64,000 nt of DNA, taken from contig OZ242311.1 in NCBI GenBank assembly GCA_965207885.1, positions 3,520,001 to 3,584,000 of the forward strand, written 5' to 3'. The notes under the pieces were generated by a model that saw nothing but the letters and a program-made list of their open reading frames with translations, was not told the origin of the DNA and made no database searches. Of the stretch, positions 18,288-28,011 are shown piece after piece (within the stretch, counting starts at the first letter, position 1; each line of letters begins with the position of its first letter). This stretch comes from Candidatus Latescibacterota bacterium (GTDB lineage: Bacteria > Latescibacterota > UBA2968). The translations under genes were made by a program, and so were the position numbers.

Positions 18288-19576
18288 AGTGCCCCGACCA
18301 CAAACCGGATCGCGAACAGTACCGCCACCATGACCACTGCCAGATTCAACTCCTGGCGGCGCCCGCCCAACACCTTAATGAGTGCATAGGAGATGAATCC
18401 AAGACCGATCCCTGTGGCAATCGAATAGGTGAAAGGCATCGCGATTGCAGTCACGATGGCGGGGACACACTCAGTCAGATCTTCCCATTCTATGTGCCGA
18501 AGTGCACGCGCCATGACACACCCTACGAACACAATCGCCGGGGCAGTCGCGTAAACCGGAATCGCAGTCGCCACCGGTGCGAACGCAAGCGCAACCAGGA
18601 AAAGCCCCGCCACGACCAGAGCCGTAAGCCCAGTCCGCCCACCTGCCCGCACCCCTGCCGCACTCTCGATACTTGACGTCGTAGTTGACGTGCCCAGGAG
18701 TGCGCCAACTATAGTGGCGGAGCTATCCGCTACAAGGGCACGGCGCAGCCCTGTAACCCGACCGGTACTATCGGTCAATCCTCCCTCGTTGAGTACCGCA
18801 ACCAGCGTGCCGCTGGTGTCAAATAGATCCACCATCAGGAATGCGAATACGATCGAGATCAAGCCTATCTCAAACGCCCCGACAATGTCCAGTTGCAACG
18901 CTGTTGGAGCCAGCGAAGGTGGTAGCGCTACCACGGATTCCGGTGCTGGCGACAGCTCCCCTATCCAACCCACCAATGCCACAACCAGAATGCAGATCAG
19001 CACAGAGCCAGGCACCTTCCGGTGCTCAATCGCCACGATTCCAATGAATCCGAGGCCCGCCAGCACCACTGTCCACTGAGCCAGATCGCCCAGCGTGACC
19101 AGCGTGGCTTCGCTGGCTACCACAATCCCTGCGTTGCGCAATCCAATAATGACAAGGAAATATCCGATACCCGCTGCGATGGCCATCTTCTGTGAGCGAG
19201 GAATGCTGTTGACGACCCACTCTCGCACGGGAAGCACGGACAGGATGAGCATCAGGCATCCGGAACAGAACACCGCTCCGAGCGCGACCTGCCAGGACAA
19301 TCCCAGTGTGCCCACCGCGACCGCAGCGAAATAGGCGTTCAGACCCATTCCCGGGACCAGTGCAATGGGATAGTTGGCGTAAAGGCCCATGACCGCGGAT
19401 CCAAAGGCTGCAGCGAGACAGGTGGCTACCAGCACAGCGCCAGCGTCCATTCCCGCGCCTCCCAGCACCAACGGGTTCACGAAGATGATATACGACAGGG
19501 TCAGGAAAGTGGTGCATCCGGCCAGCACTTCCTGCCGCACGCTTGAGTTCCGCTCTTCTAACTGAAAAAAGCTCAT
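18284..19576 (-). CDS. NCS2 family purine permease (AzgA/PbuG-like)
   Basis: YIIFVNP, PGMGLNAYF, DxFDTxGT and ESAAGVxAGGRTG motifs. Confidence 0.9.
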   Translation of the reverse strand: MSFFQLEERNSSVRQEVLAGCTTFLTLSYIIFVNPLVLGGAGMDAGAVLVATCLAAAFGSAVMGLYANYPIALVPGMGLNAYFAAVAVGTLGLSWQVALGAVFCSGCLMLILSVLPVREWVVNSIPRSQKMAIAAGIGYFLVIIGLRNAGIVVASEATLVTLGDLAQWTVVLAGLGFIGIVAIEHRKVPGSVLICILVVALVGWIGELSPAPESVVALPPSLAPTALQLDIVGAFEIGLISIVFAFLMVDLFDTSGTLVAVLNEGGLTDSTGRVTGLRRALVADSSATIVGALLGTSTTTSSIESAAGVRAGGRTGLTALVVAGLFLVALAFAPVATAIPVYATAPAIVFVGCVMARALRHIEWEDLTECVPAIVTAIAMPFTYSIATGIGLGFISYALIKVLGGRRQELNLAVVMVAVLFAIRFVVGAL

Positions 19577-19628
19577 TATTCCGTTGCTCCTCTCTGCATT
19601 GTGGATTCTTCAGCTATATATGTACTCC

Positions 19629-19657
19629 ATCCTATCGAATGATCCATCTTCTGTCAA
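19629..19657 (-). promoter_or_regulatory. Sigma70 promoter of the NCS2 permease
   Basis: TTGACA-N17-TAGGAT. Confidence 0.6.
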
Positions 19658-19778
19658 TACAGTACCATGCTCATTATTGCAAGGGATAGATATTTTATTC
19701 TTTGCACATCCTTCTAAAAGCGATACTTTAAGCGAGAAACAGATGGGTTGATCGGACTGACCACTGACAATTCACCAC

Positions 19779-20876
19779 ATGAACGACCTTGCAATCTATT
19801 TCATCACAAGCCTTTGCGCTGTGTACATCACGCTGATCGTCGTTTTTTTGTTTGGTCTTTTTCGCAGATTGCGGCGAGTAAATGGACGCCGTCTATCTGT
19901 TTCCGTTATTGTCCCCGCCCGCAATGAAGCCACCAACATCGATGCGTGTTTGCGGGCATTGGCTGCACAGACCTATCCTGACGACCATCTGGAAATTATC
20001 GTTGTAGATGACCGATCCACAGATGATACCGCCGCTCGAATTGATCAATGGACGCGCCGTTTACCCAACCTGAGTCGCGTATCTGTCACACAGCAGGACT
20101 ATATTTGCCCCAAAAAAAACGCCCTGTGGCAGGGCATCAAACACGCGCGCGGAGATATTATTTTTACGACAGACGCCGATTGTCGGCCCGGTCCCAACTG
20201 GATAACCTCAACCCTCGCGCACTTTGCGCCCGATGTCGGCATGGTCATAGGCCACGCTCCCCTGCTGCAAAACGAAAAAGCGCTATCGGGTCTGCTATCT
20301 CTCCAGGCACTCATTGTCTCAACTCTCGCAGCGGGCAGCGCGGGTATTGGCTTCCCGCTCACCTGTTCGGGGCGCAACATGGCTTATCGCAGAAAAGCCT
20401 TTGATGAGGCCAACGGCTTTAACGACATCGGACACATCATCGGCGGCGACGATGTATTGCTCATGCGCCAATTCGCTCAAAAAAGCGCGTGGAAAATTCG
20501 GTTCAACGCAGACGCCGATACGTTCGTTCCCTCGGCGTCTCACCCAGACAATCTCATCAATCGACAGGTGCGCTACCAATCCAAAACCATTCACTACGGC
20601 ATTCCCACCTTGATTCTGGCTCTTTCGGTGTATATATTCCATGTCGTTCTGGCGACGCTGCCCATTTTATTCTGGACCAACGCGGAATTATTTTATATGA
20701 TCGGCTCTTGCCTGGGAATAAAAATAATCGCCGATGCCGTTTTTTTGCTCTTCGGCAGTATCCGCTTCAAAAGCCTGAAATTGCTCCTGTGGTTTCCAGT
20801 TCTCGAAATCCTGATCATACCCTATATTGTCATCTTATGCGCGCTCGGCACATTTTCACCATTCAAATGGAAGTGA
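19779..20876 (+). CDS. GT2 glycosyltransferase (membrane-anchored)
   Basis: VPARNE, DDRSTD, TDAD and GDD motifs. The stop codon is supplied by the IS end. Confidence 0.9.
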   Translation: MNDLAIYFITSLCAVYITLIVVFLFGLFRRLRRVNGRRLSVSVIVPARNEATNIDACLRALAAQTYPDDHLEIIVVDDRSTDDTAARIDQWTRRLPNLSRVSVTQQDYICPKKNALWQGIKHARGDIIFTTDADCRPGPNWITSTLAHFAPDVGMVIGHAPLLQNEKALSGLLSLQALIVSTLAAGSAGIGFPLTCSGRNMAYRRKAFDEANGFNDIGHIIGGDDVLLMRQFAQKSAWKIRFNADADTFVPSASHPDNLINRQVRYQSKTIHYGIPTLILALSVYIFHVVLATLPILFWTNAELFYMIGSCLGIKIIADAVFLLFGSIRFKSLKLLLWFPVLEILIIPYIVILCALGTFSPFKWK

Positions 20877-20913
20877 CTACTCCCACGCCTAAAAGCTGTG
20901 GGCTTCTTGGTGG

Positions 20914-22038
20914 TCAAGCCACCTGACGTTGTAGCCCCAACGTCAATATGTTTATCGCAGCATTGTGGTCTCTGTCCGTCTTATAGCCACACGCCTTGCA
21001 ATGATGCACACGATCTGAGAGTGTCTTTTTCTCTCTATGTCCGCATGCCGAGCAATCTTGTGACGTGTATTCAGGATCAACGGCCTTGAATCCAATACCA
21101 GCCTCTTCCGCTTTGTATTCGAGACAGTGCCGAAACAGTGACCACGCTACGTCTGCTATTGATTTAGCCAATCGCTTGTTCTTCTGCATCTCTTTAACGT
21201 CCAATTTCTCTACGGCTATGAAATTGTGACGATTGACCATTTTTCTTGACTCTTGGTGTGCAAAGTTATGTCGCTTATTACGGATGCGCTCATGCACTCT
21301 ACCAATGACTTTACGACGCTTTTCTCTTGTGGGATCGGTCTTGGGTCTTTTTTTCACCGCGTCCCATTTGCGCTGTGCTTTGGCAAGAGCCTTTTCCTCT
21401 TTGCGAAAGAATCTCTGATTCTCTATTTTTTCGCCGTCACTGGTCACAGCAAAGGAATTGAGACCCACGTCAATGCCAACAGCAGAGTTAGTGTTTGGTT
21501 TCTTATCTTTTTCGCCAATATCGCAAGAGATAGACACGAACCATTTGCCTGTTTCTGTGCGTGTGATTGTGCAAGACTTAGGCACACCCTCAAGTGGCCT
21601 GTGCTGGACAATGCGAATGCAACCAATACTGCCCAATCGCAAGCCCTTGCCGTCCAATCGACATCCATTGGAAAACTGAGGGTAGGTGATAGAATCGTAG
21701 CGATTCTCATTCTTGTATCTGGGAAAACCCGCTTTCTCGCCAGTCTTTGACTTCTCTTTGAGACGGCGAAAGAAACCTTTGAATGCCAAATCTACTCTCT
21801 GTGATACTTGTTGCAACACTTGACTATATACTTGCTTGAAAGCAACGTGCTGTTGTTTTAACAATGGTATTGTTTTAGTCTGGTCATATTGCGAGAGAGA
21901 CTTATTCTCATTTTTCCATGCTTGTATTCTCGCACAGAGTAATTGATTATAAAGAATACGACATTCGTCAATATGCGCCAGCAAGATTTGTTCTTGCTTT
22001 TTGGTTGGACGCAATCTATATTTGAACGACTTAAACAT
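20914..22038 (-). CDS. tnpB: RNA-guided endonuclease TnpB
   Basis: KYRLRP HTH, RuvC residues GIDVG / VEKL / DRDxNAA, zinc finger CSAC...CKAC. Confidence 0.95.
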   Translation of the reverse strand: MFKSFKYRLRPTKKQEQILLAHIDECRILYNQLLCARIQAWKNENKSLSQYDQTKTIPLLKQQHVAFKQVYSQVLQQVSQRVDLAFKGFFRRLKEKSKTGEKAGFPRYKNENRYDSITYPQFSNGCRLDGKGLRLGSIGCIRIVQHRPLEGVPKSCTITRTETGKWFVSISCDIGEKDKKPNTNSAVGIDVGLNSFAVTSDGEKIENQRFFRKEEKALAKAQRKWDAVKKRPKTDPTREKRRKVIGRVHERIRNKRHNFAHQESRKMVNRHNFIAVEKLDVKEMQKNKRLAKSIADVAWSLFRHCLEYKAEEAGIGFKAVDPEYTSQDCSACGHREKKTLSDRVHHCKACGYKTDRDHNAAINILTLGLQRQVA

Positions 22039-22044
22039 AATAAA

Positions 22045-22073
22045 AATATACACTTAGGTATTGTTTTTGTCAA
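22045..22073 (-). promoter_or_regulatory. tnpB promoter (probably a leaderless transcript)
   Basis: TTGACA-N17-TATATT, with the ATG (22038) 6 nt downstream. Confidence 0.7.
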
Positions 22074-22351
22074 GTTGAAAGAGCACTCATGCTAAGCATG
22101 TTCCGTAACGATTCTACACGGAAGCAAACCAAAACCGTAAGCCCTTCGCCATGCGACCCACGCCTAAAGGCTGTGGGTTTTACGGGCTATTTGATAACCA
22201 CCCCTCTGCCCCGAGATTATCCACTAAGAACACGGAACGGGGTATGAAGGCGAGTAATTTGAGCATGACTGGCCGTCTCTTAGGCCAGTTCACGACACGA
22301 AGGATTCTCACGCTCACGCACTTTCGCCCCTTTCACTCAGAGACACAACTT

Positions 22352-23410
22352 ATGCTCTCAATCAAACTGCTGCCCGAAACCTTTATGCGATACCATCGCG
22401 CAATCACGCCCCGACGGATATGGAATGCCTCAAAAGTGGTCGCGTCCTACGCCCTCTCCAATCTATTTCGGCGGGATATTCGCCTGGGCAAACCCTTTGT
22501 GCTCATGGTCGAACCCACCAATTTCTGCAACCTCAAATGTCCGCTTTGCCCCTCTGGCAATGGCGACATGACCCGCGAGCGCGGCATTATGCCATTTGAA
22601 CACTTCAAGCATGTCTTTGAGCAACAGGCCGATCATCTCCTGCTCCTCATGTTGTGGAATCAGGGTGAACCCTTTATCAACAAACACCTCACCGACATGA
22701 TCCGGTTGGCCTCCGCACACAATGTCCCCACACTGACCAGCACCAATGTCCACTACATCAAAAACCGGGAAACCGCTCGAGACATCGTCGATTCCGGCCT
22801 TTCCGAACTCGTGGTCTCTCTGGATGGCGTCACATCCGAAAGCTATGTCAAATATCGCGTGGGGGGCAATTTTGACCGCGTACTCGAAGGCATCCGCCTC
22901 CTTGTTCAGGCCAAAAGCGACCTGCAAAGCAGCTATCCCCTGATCCACCTGCAATTTATAATTATGAAACACAACGAACACGAAATTGAAGCCGCACGCA
23001 AATTCGCTCGGGAGTTAGGCGTAGATCGCCTCTCGCTCAAAACAGCCCAGGTCTATACCGAATCCGATATAGAGACTTTCTTGCCCTCTGACGAGAAATT
23101 CAGCCGCTACGATTACACAGCCGACCACCTCTCGACCAAAAGCAAAATTAGCAATACCTGCCGCCACCTGTGGTACAGCACTGTCATCAATTGGGACGGC
23201 GCTGTATCGCCCTGTTGCTTTGACAAAGATGTTCACTACGGCCTCGGCGATGCCCTCAGTGAATCGGACTTCGACCAGATCTGGACCGGCCAAAAATACA
23301 CGGACTTCCGCAATGCCATCCTCAAAGACCGCAAATCTGTGCCGATATGCAACAACTGCTCAGAAGGGGTGAAGGGCATGTTTTACGATATAGAAAAAGT
23401 TGAGCACTGA
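22352..23410 (+). CDS. Radical SAM/SPASM-twitch domain protein
   Basis: CNLKCPLC, GEP and C-terminal C...PCC...CNNC. Start moved downstream of the IS end. Confidence 0.9.
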   Translation: MLSIKLLPETFMRYHRAITPRRIWNASKVVASYALSNLFRRDIRLGKPFVLMVEPTNFCNLKCPLCPSGNGDMTRERGIMPFEHFKHVFEQQADHLLLLMLWNQGEPFINKHLTDMIRLASAHNVPTLTSTNVHYIKNRETARDIVDSGLSELVVSLDGVTSESYVKYRVGGNFDRVLEGIRLLVQAKSDLQSSYPLIHLQFIIMKHNEHEIEAARKFARELGVDRLSLKTAQVYTESDIETFLPSDEKFSRYDYTADHLSTKSKISNTCRHLWYSTVINWDGAVSPCCFDKDVHYGLGDALSESDFDQIWTGQKYTDFRNAILKDRKSVPICNNCSEGVKGMFYDIEKVEH

Positions 23411-23417
23411 TAAAACT

Positions 23418-24533
23418 ATGGATATTGTCCTTTACTTATTGCTGCTCTCCACAGTCCTCTACGCCCTTGTCGCACTGTATTTTTTTTTCGGCTTATTCCG
23501 CCTGAACAATCAGCCGCGCACTGCTGAAACGCCATTTATATCCATCGTTATTGCCGCGCGCAATGAAGCGGATTATATCGGTCTGTGCCTCAAGTCTCTG
23601 AAAAAACAGACCTATCCATCCGACAGATTTGAAATTCTCGTAGTTGATGACGACTCGATTGATAGTACATCCCAAATAGTCGCCTCCACGCGTCTGGACA
23701 ATCTCCACCTCTTATCTGTCGATAATAGCTTTCCCGAAATGGTGGCAAAAAAACGACCGATGTCCGTTGGCATTCACCGTGCCAGGGGGGAATGGATCCT
23801 CACCACCGATGCCGACTGCACAGTGCCACCCACCTGGGTTGCCAGCATGGCGTCTTATATGGCGGCTGATACTGGCGTTGTCATCGGATTTTCACAACTT
23901 ACATCGCGCTCATTTTTCGACCGCTTGCAGGCTTATGATTTTCTCACCCTCATGGCGGCGGCGGCAGGCGCCGTCGGGGTGGGCAGACCCCTGGCTGCTT
24001 CGGGACAAAATTTCGCCTATCGCAAATGTATTTTTGAAAAAGTTGGCGGTTTTCGCGACATCGCACACCGCCCGTCTGGCGACGATGTGCTATTGCTCCA
24101 ATTGCTGCGCCAGGCATGGGATGGGCGCATCGCTTTTGCTGCTGATCCCGGCACTTATGCAACCACCCATCGCCCAGAAACCCCATTATCGCTGTGGCAA
24201 CAACGCAAGCGGTGGGCATCTAACGCCGCGTATCAACTGCGTCTCAACCCCGTTTTTTTTTCCTATATTGCAGTGGTCTTCTTGACCAACGCACTCATTC
24301 CAACTGCTTTTCTCATCTCAATAACAGACGGCACATACACCCTGCCCCTGATCTGCTGGGGTGCAAAAATACTGGTGGATCTGCTCGTAGCGGGAAAAGG
24401 CGTTTATACCTTCAAGCGTGCGGATCTACTCATCATGTTTCCTCTGTGGGAGATCTTACAAATCCCCTACACCATTCTCATCGGCCTCGCGGGAACCCTG
24501 CGCGGATTTACGTGGAAAGACCGAGATCATTGA
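23418..24533 (+). CDS. GT2 glycosyltransferase (paralog of 19779-20876)
   Basis: AARNE, TDADC, SGDD and QRKRW motifs. Confidence 0.9.
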   Translation: MDIVLYLLLLSTVLYALVALYFFFGLFRLNNQPRTAETPFISIVIAARNEADYIGLCLKSLKKQTYPSDRFEILVVDDDSIDSTSQIVASTRLDNLHLLSVDNSFPEMVAKKRPMSVGIHRARGEWILTTDADCTVPPTWVASMASYMAADTGVVIGFSQLTSRSFFDRLQAYDFLTLMAAAAGAVGVGRPLAASGQNFAYRKCIFEKVGGFRDIAHRPSGDDVLLLQLLRQAWDGRIAFAADPGTYATTHRPETPLSLWQQRKRWASNAAYQLRLNPVFFSYIAVVFLTNALIPTAFLISITDGTYTLPLICWGAKILVDLLVAGKGVYTFKRADLLIMFPLWEILQIPYTILIGLAGTLRGFTWKDRDH

Positions 24534-24548
24534 AGTGTGAGGTACCCC

Positions 24549-25670
24549 ATGACTACCAAAATTCTTTTCTCCCTCCTCAGTCTGCTACTCGCAATGCCAT
24601 CTTATGCACAGCGCCCGCGTGCCCGGGATCTCGGCATTCAGATTGGCACATTGTCTACAGGTACATACAACGCCATCACCGATGTCGAAGGCGTTCTCGT
24701 CGGTCACGTCACATTAATTGAAGGCAGTGGCGAACTCGTCGTGGGCAAAGGTCCCGTGCGAACGGGTGTCACAGCCATTGTCCCGCACGGCGAGGACATC
24801 TTCCGAAATAATATATTTGCCGCAGCCGAAGCCCTCAATGGCAACGGTGAAATGACGGGAATGGCATGGATTAACGAACGCGGACAACTCGAAGTGCCCG
24901 TTGTACTTACGAATACGCTCTCCGTGGGCGAAGGCTATAGTGGCGTGGTCGCATACATGCTCAAACAGGGCACTGGGAGGGTCCCCCTACCCGTAGTCGC
25001 CGAATGTTATGACGGCGGTCTCAACGATATAGCCGGACGACACGTCACAGTCGATCACGTTGTCGAAGCCATTGAAACCGCCACAGGCGGCACAGTGCCC
25101 GAAGGCTCGGTTGGCGCAGGTACGGGAATGCGCTCGTATGGATTCAAAGCGGGTATTGGCACAGCCTCGCGCGTTGTACCAGATGGACATACCGTAGGCG
25201 TACTCGTCAATGCCAACTGTGGGCGCAGGCGGGAACTCCTCATTGCCGGCGTTCCCGCAGGACGCGAATTACCCGTTCAGGCCTCCCCAACGCGCGATGG
25301 CTCGATCATAGTGGTCATAGCTACCGACGCGCCTCTGGTGCCGCATCAATTGCGCCGCCTGTGCAAACGCGCCGCTCTGGGCATTGGTCGCACGGGTACG
25401 GTTTCCCGCACGAGCAGCGGAGATTTTGCCCTTGCCTTTTCAACCGCCTATCGCCTACCTCGCACCCGCGCTGACCGCGATACAATTACCACACTACGCG
25501 ATGGTCGGCTAAACGCCATCTTCCAGGCCACCATTGAAGCTACCGAAGAAGCCATTGTCAACGCCATGTGCGTGGCAGAACCCATGACGGGCCGAGATAA
25601 CCGCACAATGCCTGCGTTACCGCATGACAAATTGATTGAGGTAATGAAAAAATACGGTCGCTTAAAATAA
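24549..25670 (+). CDS. DmpA/P1 (S58) aminopeptidase with signal peptide
   Basis: NAITDV, RTGVTA, EGSVGAGTG and the autoprocessing site DG-SIIVVIATDAP. Confidence 0.9.
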   Translation: MTTKILFSLLSLLLAMPSYAQRPRARDLGIQIGTLSTGTYNAITDVEGVLVGHVTLIEGSGELVVGKGPVRTGVTAIVPHGEDIFRNNIFAAAEALNGNGEMTGMAWINERGQLEVPVVLTNTLSVGEGYSGVVAYMLKQGTGRVPLPVVAECYDGGLNDIAGRHVTVDHVVEAIETATGGTVPEGSVGAGTGMRSYGFKAGIGTASRVVPDGHTVGVLVNANCGRRRELLIAGVPAGRELPVQASPTRDGSIIVVIATDAPLVPHQLRRLCKRAALGIGRTGTVSRTSSGDFALAFSTAYRLPRTRADRDTITTLRDGRLNAIFQATIEATEEAIVNAMCVAEPMTGRDNRTMPALPHDKLIEVMKKYGRLK

Positions 25671-25682
25671 ACGAGGTGCTCT

Positions 25683-27158
25683 ATGTCTCAAATACCCATC
25701 ATCACTGCCCTTTGCGCCTATGTTTTCCTCACCCTATTGGTTGGCGTCTATGCCGGCAGGCGCGTCAAAGATTCTGCCGATTTTGTCGTTGCGGGTCGGC
25801 GTTTGGGCATCTTATTGGCCACGGGCACGCTTTCCGCCACCTGGTTTGGCACGGGCACTGTGCTCGGCGCAGCAGGCGCGGCTTACAAAGGCGGTTTTTT
25901 AGCCATCATTGCCGATCCTTTTGGCGCAGCCCTGTGTCTGTTTCTCGCGGGCCTGTTTTACGTGCGAATGATGCGCCGCATGGGCGTTTCAACCATTGCC
26001 GAATTTTTTGAACGGAGATTTGGCAAAACAGCCGGTGTGGTCGCCGCAGCATGTACGATTCCGGCCTATCTGGGCTGGGTTGCGTCGCTAATGGTGGGAT
26101 TTGGGAAAATTATCCACGCGCTCACGGGATTGGATGCGGTATTAGGCACCTGTCTGGGTGCTGCTATTGTGCTGATCTATACAACCGTAGGCGGCATGTG
26201 GGCGGTGACGCTGACTGACTTTATTCAGGTAGCCGTCTTAACCCTGGGGCTGATCTTTATGACCCCCGTTCTCCTGAGCGACATGGGGGGATGGGCCGCC
26301 ATTCGAGCGCAGCTGCCCGATGACCAATTTTATCTCTATCCCCGCGATGCAGACATGACCACCTGGTTTAATTATGCGCGCGCCTGGTTGGTAATTGGAC
26401 TGGGCAATCTCGCAGGACAGGACCTTTTGCAACGCAGCCTATCCAGTCGAAACGAAGCCGTCGCCCAAAACAGTGCCTACCTCTCTGGGATTATTTATCT
26501 GACCGTTGGCCTACTGCCCGTTTTCCTCGGCATTGCAGCCACCCTTACATTTCCCAATCTGGCCGACCCCGAGCAAGTGATGATGAAACTTGCCGAGACG
26601 TATCTACCTCCACTCGGCATGGCTGTTTTTATCGGTGCTTTGATCTCCGCACTGATGAGCAGTGCGGACAGCGCCTTGCTCGCCCCTGCCAGCGTGATCG
26701 GCAACGATTTGATCCGCTACCTGCGCCCCGACATTGACGCGCAAACCCAACTACGCCTGTGCCGCCTGAGTGTCCCTATCCTCGGCGTCATCGCGCTCTA
26801 TCTCGCCCTTTCGCACGACACGGTTTACACGCTAATGGTCGATTCCTGGTCCATCTTGCTAGCGACCCTCTTTGTGCCCCTCACTGCGGGTATCTGGTGG
26901 CGCAACGCCAATCGTTCTGGCGCGCTCTGGTCAATGATTTCAGGTGCTATCGCCTATCTCATCCTGCTCCAAATCGCGCCCGACCAACCCGCCGACCTCC
27001 TCGCAGTACCAGTCGGCCTTCTCGCACTTATCATCATAACCAAAGCGACTGCAAAAACAGATCCACCCTTGCCCTTGAGCGATACGTCAGGAACACCTCT
27101 CCCCTATGAAAACCGCCTGGGTGCTCTAAATCCACTTCGAGGTTCATCTAAAAAGTGA
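25683..27158 (+). CDS. Sodium:solute symporter
   Basis: DFVVAGR, YTTVGGMWAVTLTDFIQ and SALMSSADS motifs. Confidence 0.9.
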   Translation: MSQIPIITALCAYVFLTLLVGVYAGRRVKDSADFVVAGRRLGILLATGTLSATWFGTGTVLGAAGAAYKGGFLAIIADPFGAALCLFLAGLFYVRMMRRMGVSTIAEFFERRFGKTAGVVAAACTIPAYLGWVASLMVGFGKIIHALTGLDAVLGTCLGAAIVLIYTTVGGMWAVTLTDFIQVAVLTLGLIFMTPVLLSDMGGWAAIRAQLPDDQFYLYPRDADMTTWFNYARAWLVIGLGNLAGQDLLQRSLSSRNEAVAQNSAYLSGIIYLTVGLLPVFLGIAATLTFPNLADPEQVMMKLAETYLPPLGMAVFIGALISALMSSADSALLAPASVIGNDLIRYLRPDIDAQTQLRLCRLSVPILGVIALYLALSHDTVYTLMVDSWSILLATLFVPLTAGIWWRNANRSGALWSMISGAIAYLILLQIAPDQPADLLAVPVGLLALIIITKATAKTDPPLPLSDTSGTPLPYENRLGALNPLRGSSKK

Positions 27159-27198
27159 TGCGCTACATTTGGTAAATTCCTTGTCCTAAAAAACAAAG

Positions 27199-27236
27199 GC
27201 GCAGTTCCATAATACAGGAACTGCGCTCATTTTATT
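27199..27236. terminator. Terminator between convergent genes
   Basis: GCGCAGTTCC/GGAACTGCGC 10-bp stem. Confidence 0.7.
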
Positions 27237-27252
27237 TCTATGCAAGCAAACA

Positions 27253-28011
27253 TCACCCCGCCCGAACGCGATTAATCTTGCTCGCTGCGACACCTGCACC
27301 AAATCCATTGTCGATATTGACCACAGTCACACCCGACGCGCAACTGTTCAACATACCCAGCAATGCTGCCAGCCCCTTAAAACTCGCCCCGTATCCCACG
27401 CTGGTCGGCACGGCAATAAGTGGCACATTGACCAGACCACCAACCACACTGGGCAGCGCCCCCTCCATCCCGGCCACCACGATAATCACACTTGCATCCA
27501 ATAGACGTTCCTTACACGCCAGCAAACGGTGAATCCCGGCAACCCCTACATCGTAAAGCGTTTCGACTTCATTGCCCATCACCCGCGCGGTTTCCACGGC
27601 TTCTTCTGCCACGGGCAAGTCGGATGTGCCCGCAGACACAACCAGAATTTTGCCGACTGTTTCTGCCGAGGGAATCTCCCCTGCCACAACCACTGTGCGC
27701 GCGAGCGCATTGACATTTGTTTCGGGATATTTGGCGACCAGAGCATCCCGCATCTCTGCATTTGTGCGTGTCGCCAGCAGTGTCGCACCCGATGACACAA
27801 TGCGGTCTGCTATAGCGGTCACTTGCTCGGCTGTCTTTCCCTCACAAAAAATAACTTCGGGAAACCCTTGCCTCAGTGTGCGGTGGTGGTCAATGCGCGC
27901 AAAACCAAGCTCTTCAAAAGGCAAGTGCGCGAGGTTTGCAAACGCCTCATCCACATCTGTTTGCCCCTGTGCAACAGCTTCTAACAACGCGCGTATGCGT
28001 TCTGGTGTCAC
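27253..28011 (-). CDS. larB: Nickel-pincer cofactor biosynthesis protein LarB
   Basis: DHHRxxRxGFPEV, AGTSD, GMEGALPS, PTSVGYG and VVNIDNGFGA motifs. Confidence 0.93.
   Translation of the reverse strand: MTPERIRALLEAVAQGQTDVDEAFANLAHLPFEELGFARIDHHRTLRQGFPEVIFCEGKTAEQVTAIADRIVSSGATLLATRTNAEMRDALVAKYPETNVNALARTVVVAGEIPSAETVGKILVVSAGTSDLPVAEEAVETARVMGNEVETLYDVGVAGIHRLLACKERLLDASVIIVVAGMEGALPSVVGGLVNVPLIAVPTSVGYGASFKGLAALLGMLNSCASGVTVVNIDNGFGAGVAASKINRVRAG

Larger units (their letters stand above)
20873..22193 (-). mobile_element. tnpB-only IS200/IS605 family (IS1341-like) element, 1321 bp
   Basis: Subterminal hairpins CCCACGCCTAAA(A/G)GCTGTGGG at 20882-20902 and 22157-22177. The right end finishes ...GAGTAGTCAC, TTAT precedes the left end, and there is no target duplication. 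Confidence 0.88.

Noticed and set aside
22074-22150. Possible divergent tnpA remnant inside the IS
   Set aside because: Too short, with no HUH or clear YxxxQ motif, so it cannot be supported.
22151-22351. N-terminal extension of the radical SAM ORF
   Set aside because: It derives from the IS left-end hairpin and spacer; ATG 22352 is more plausible.
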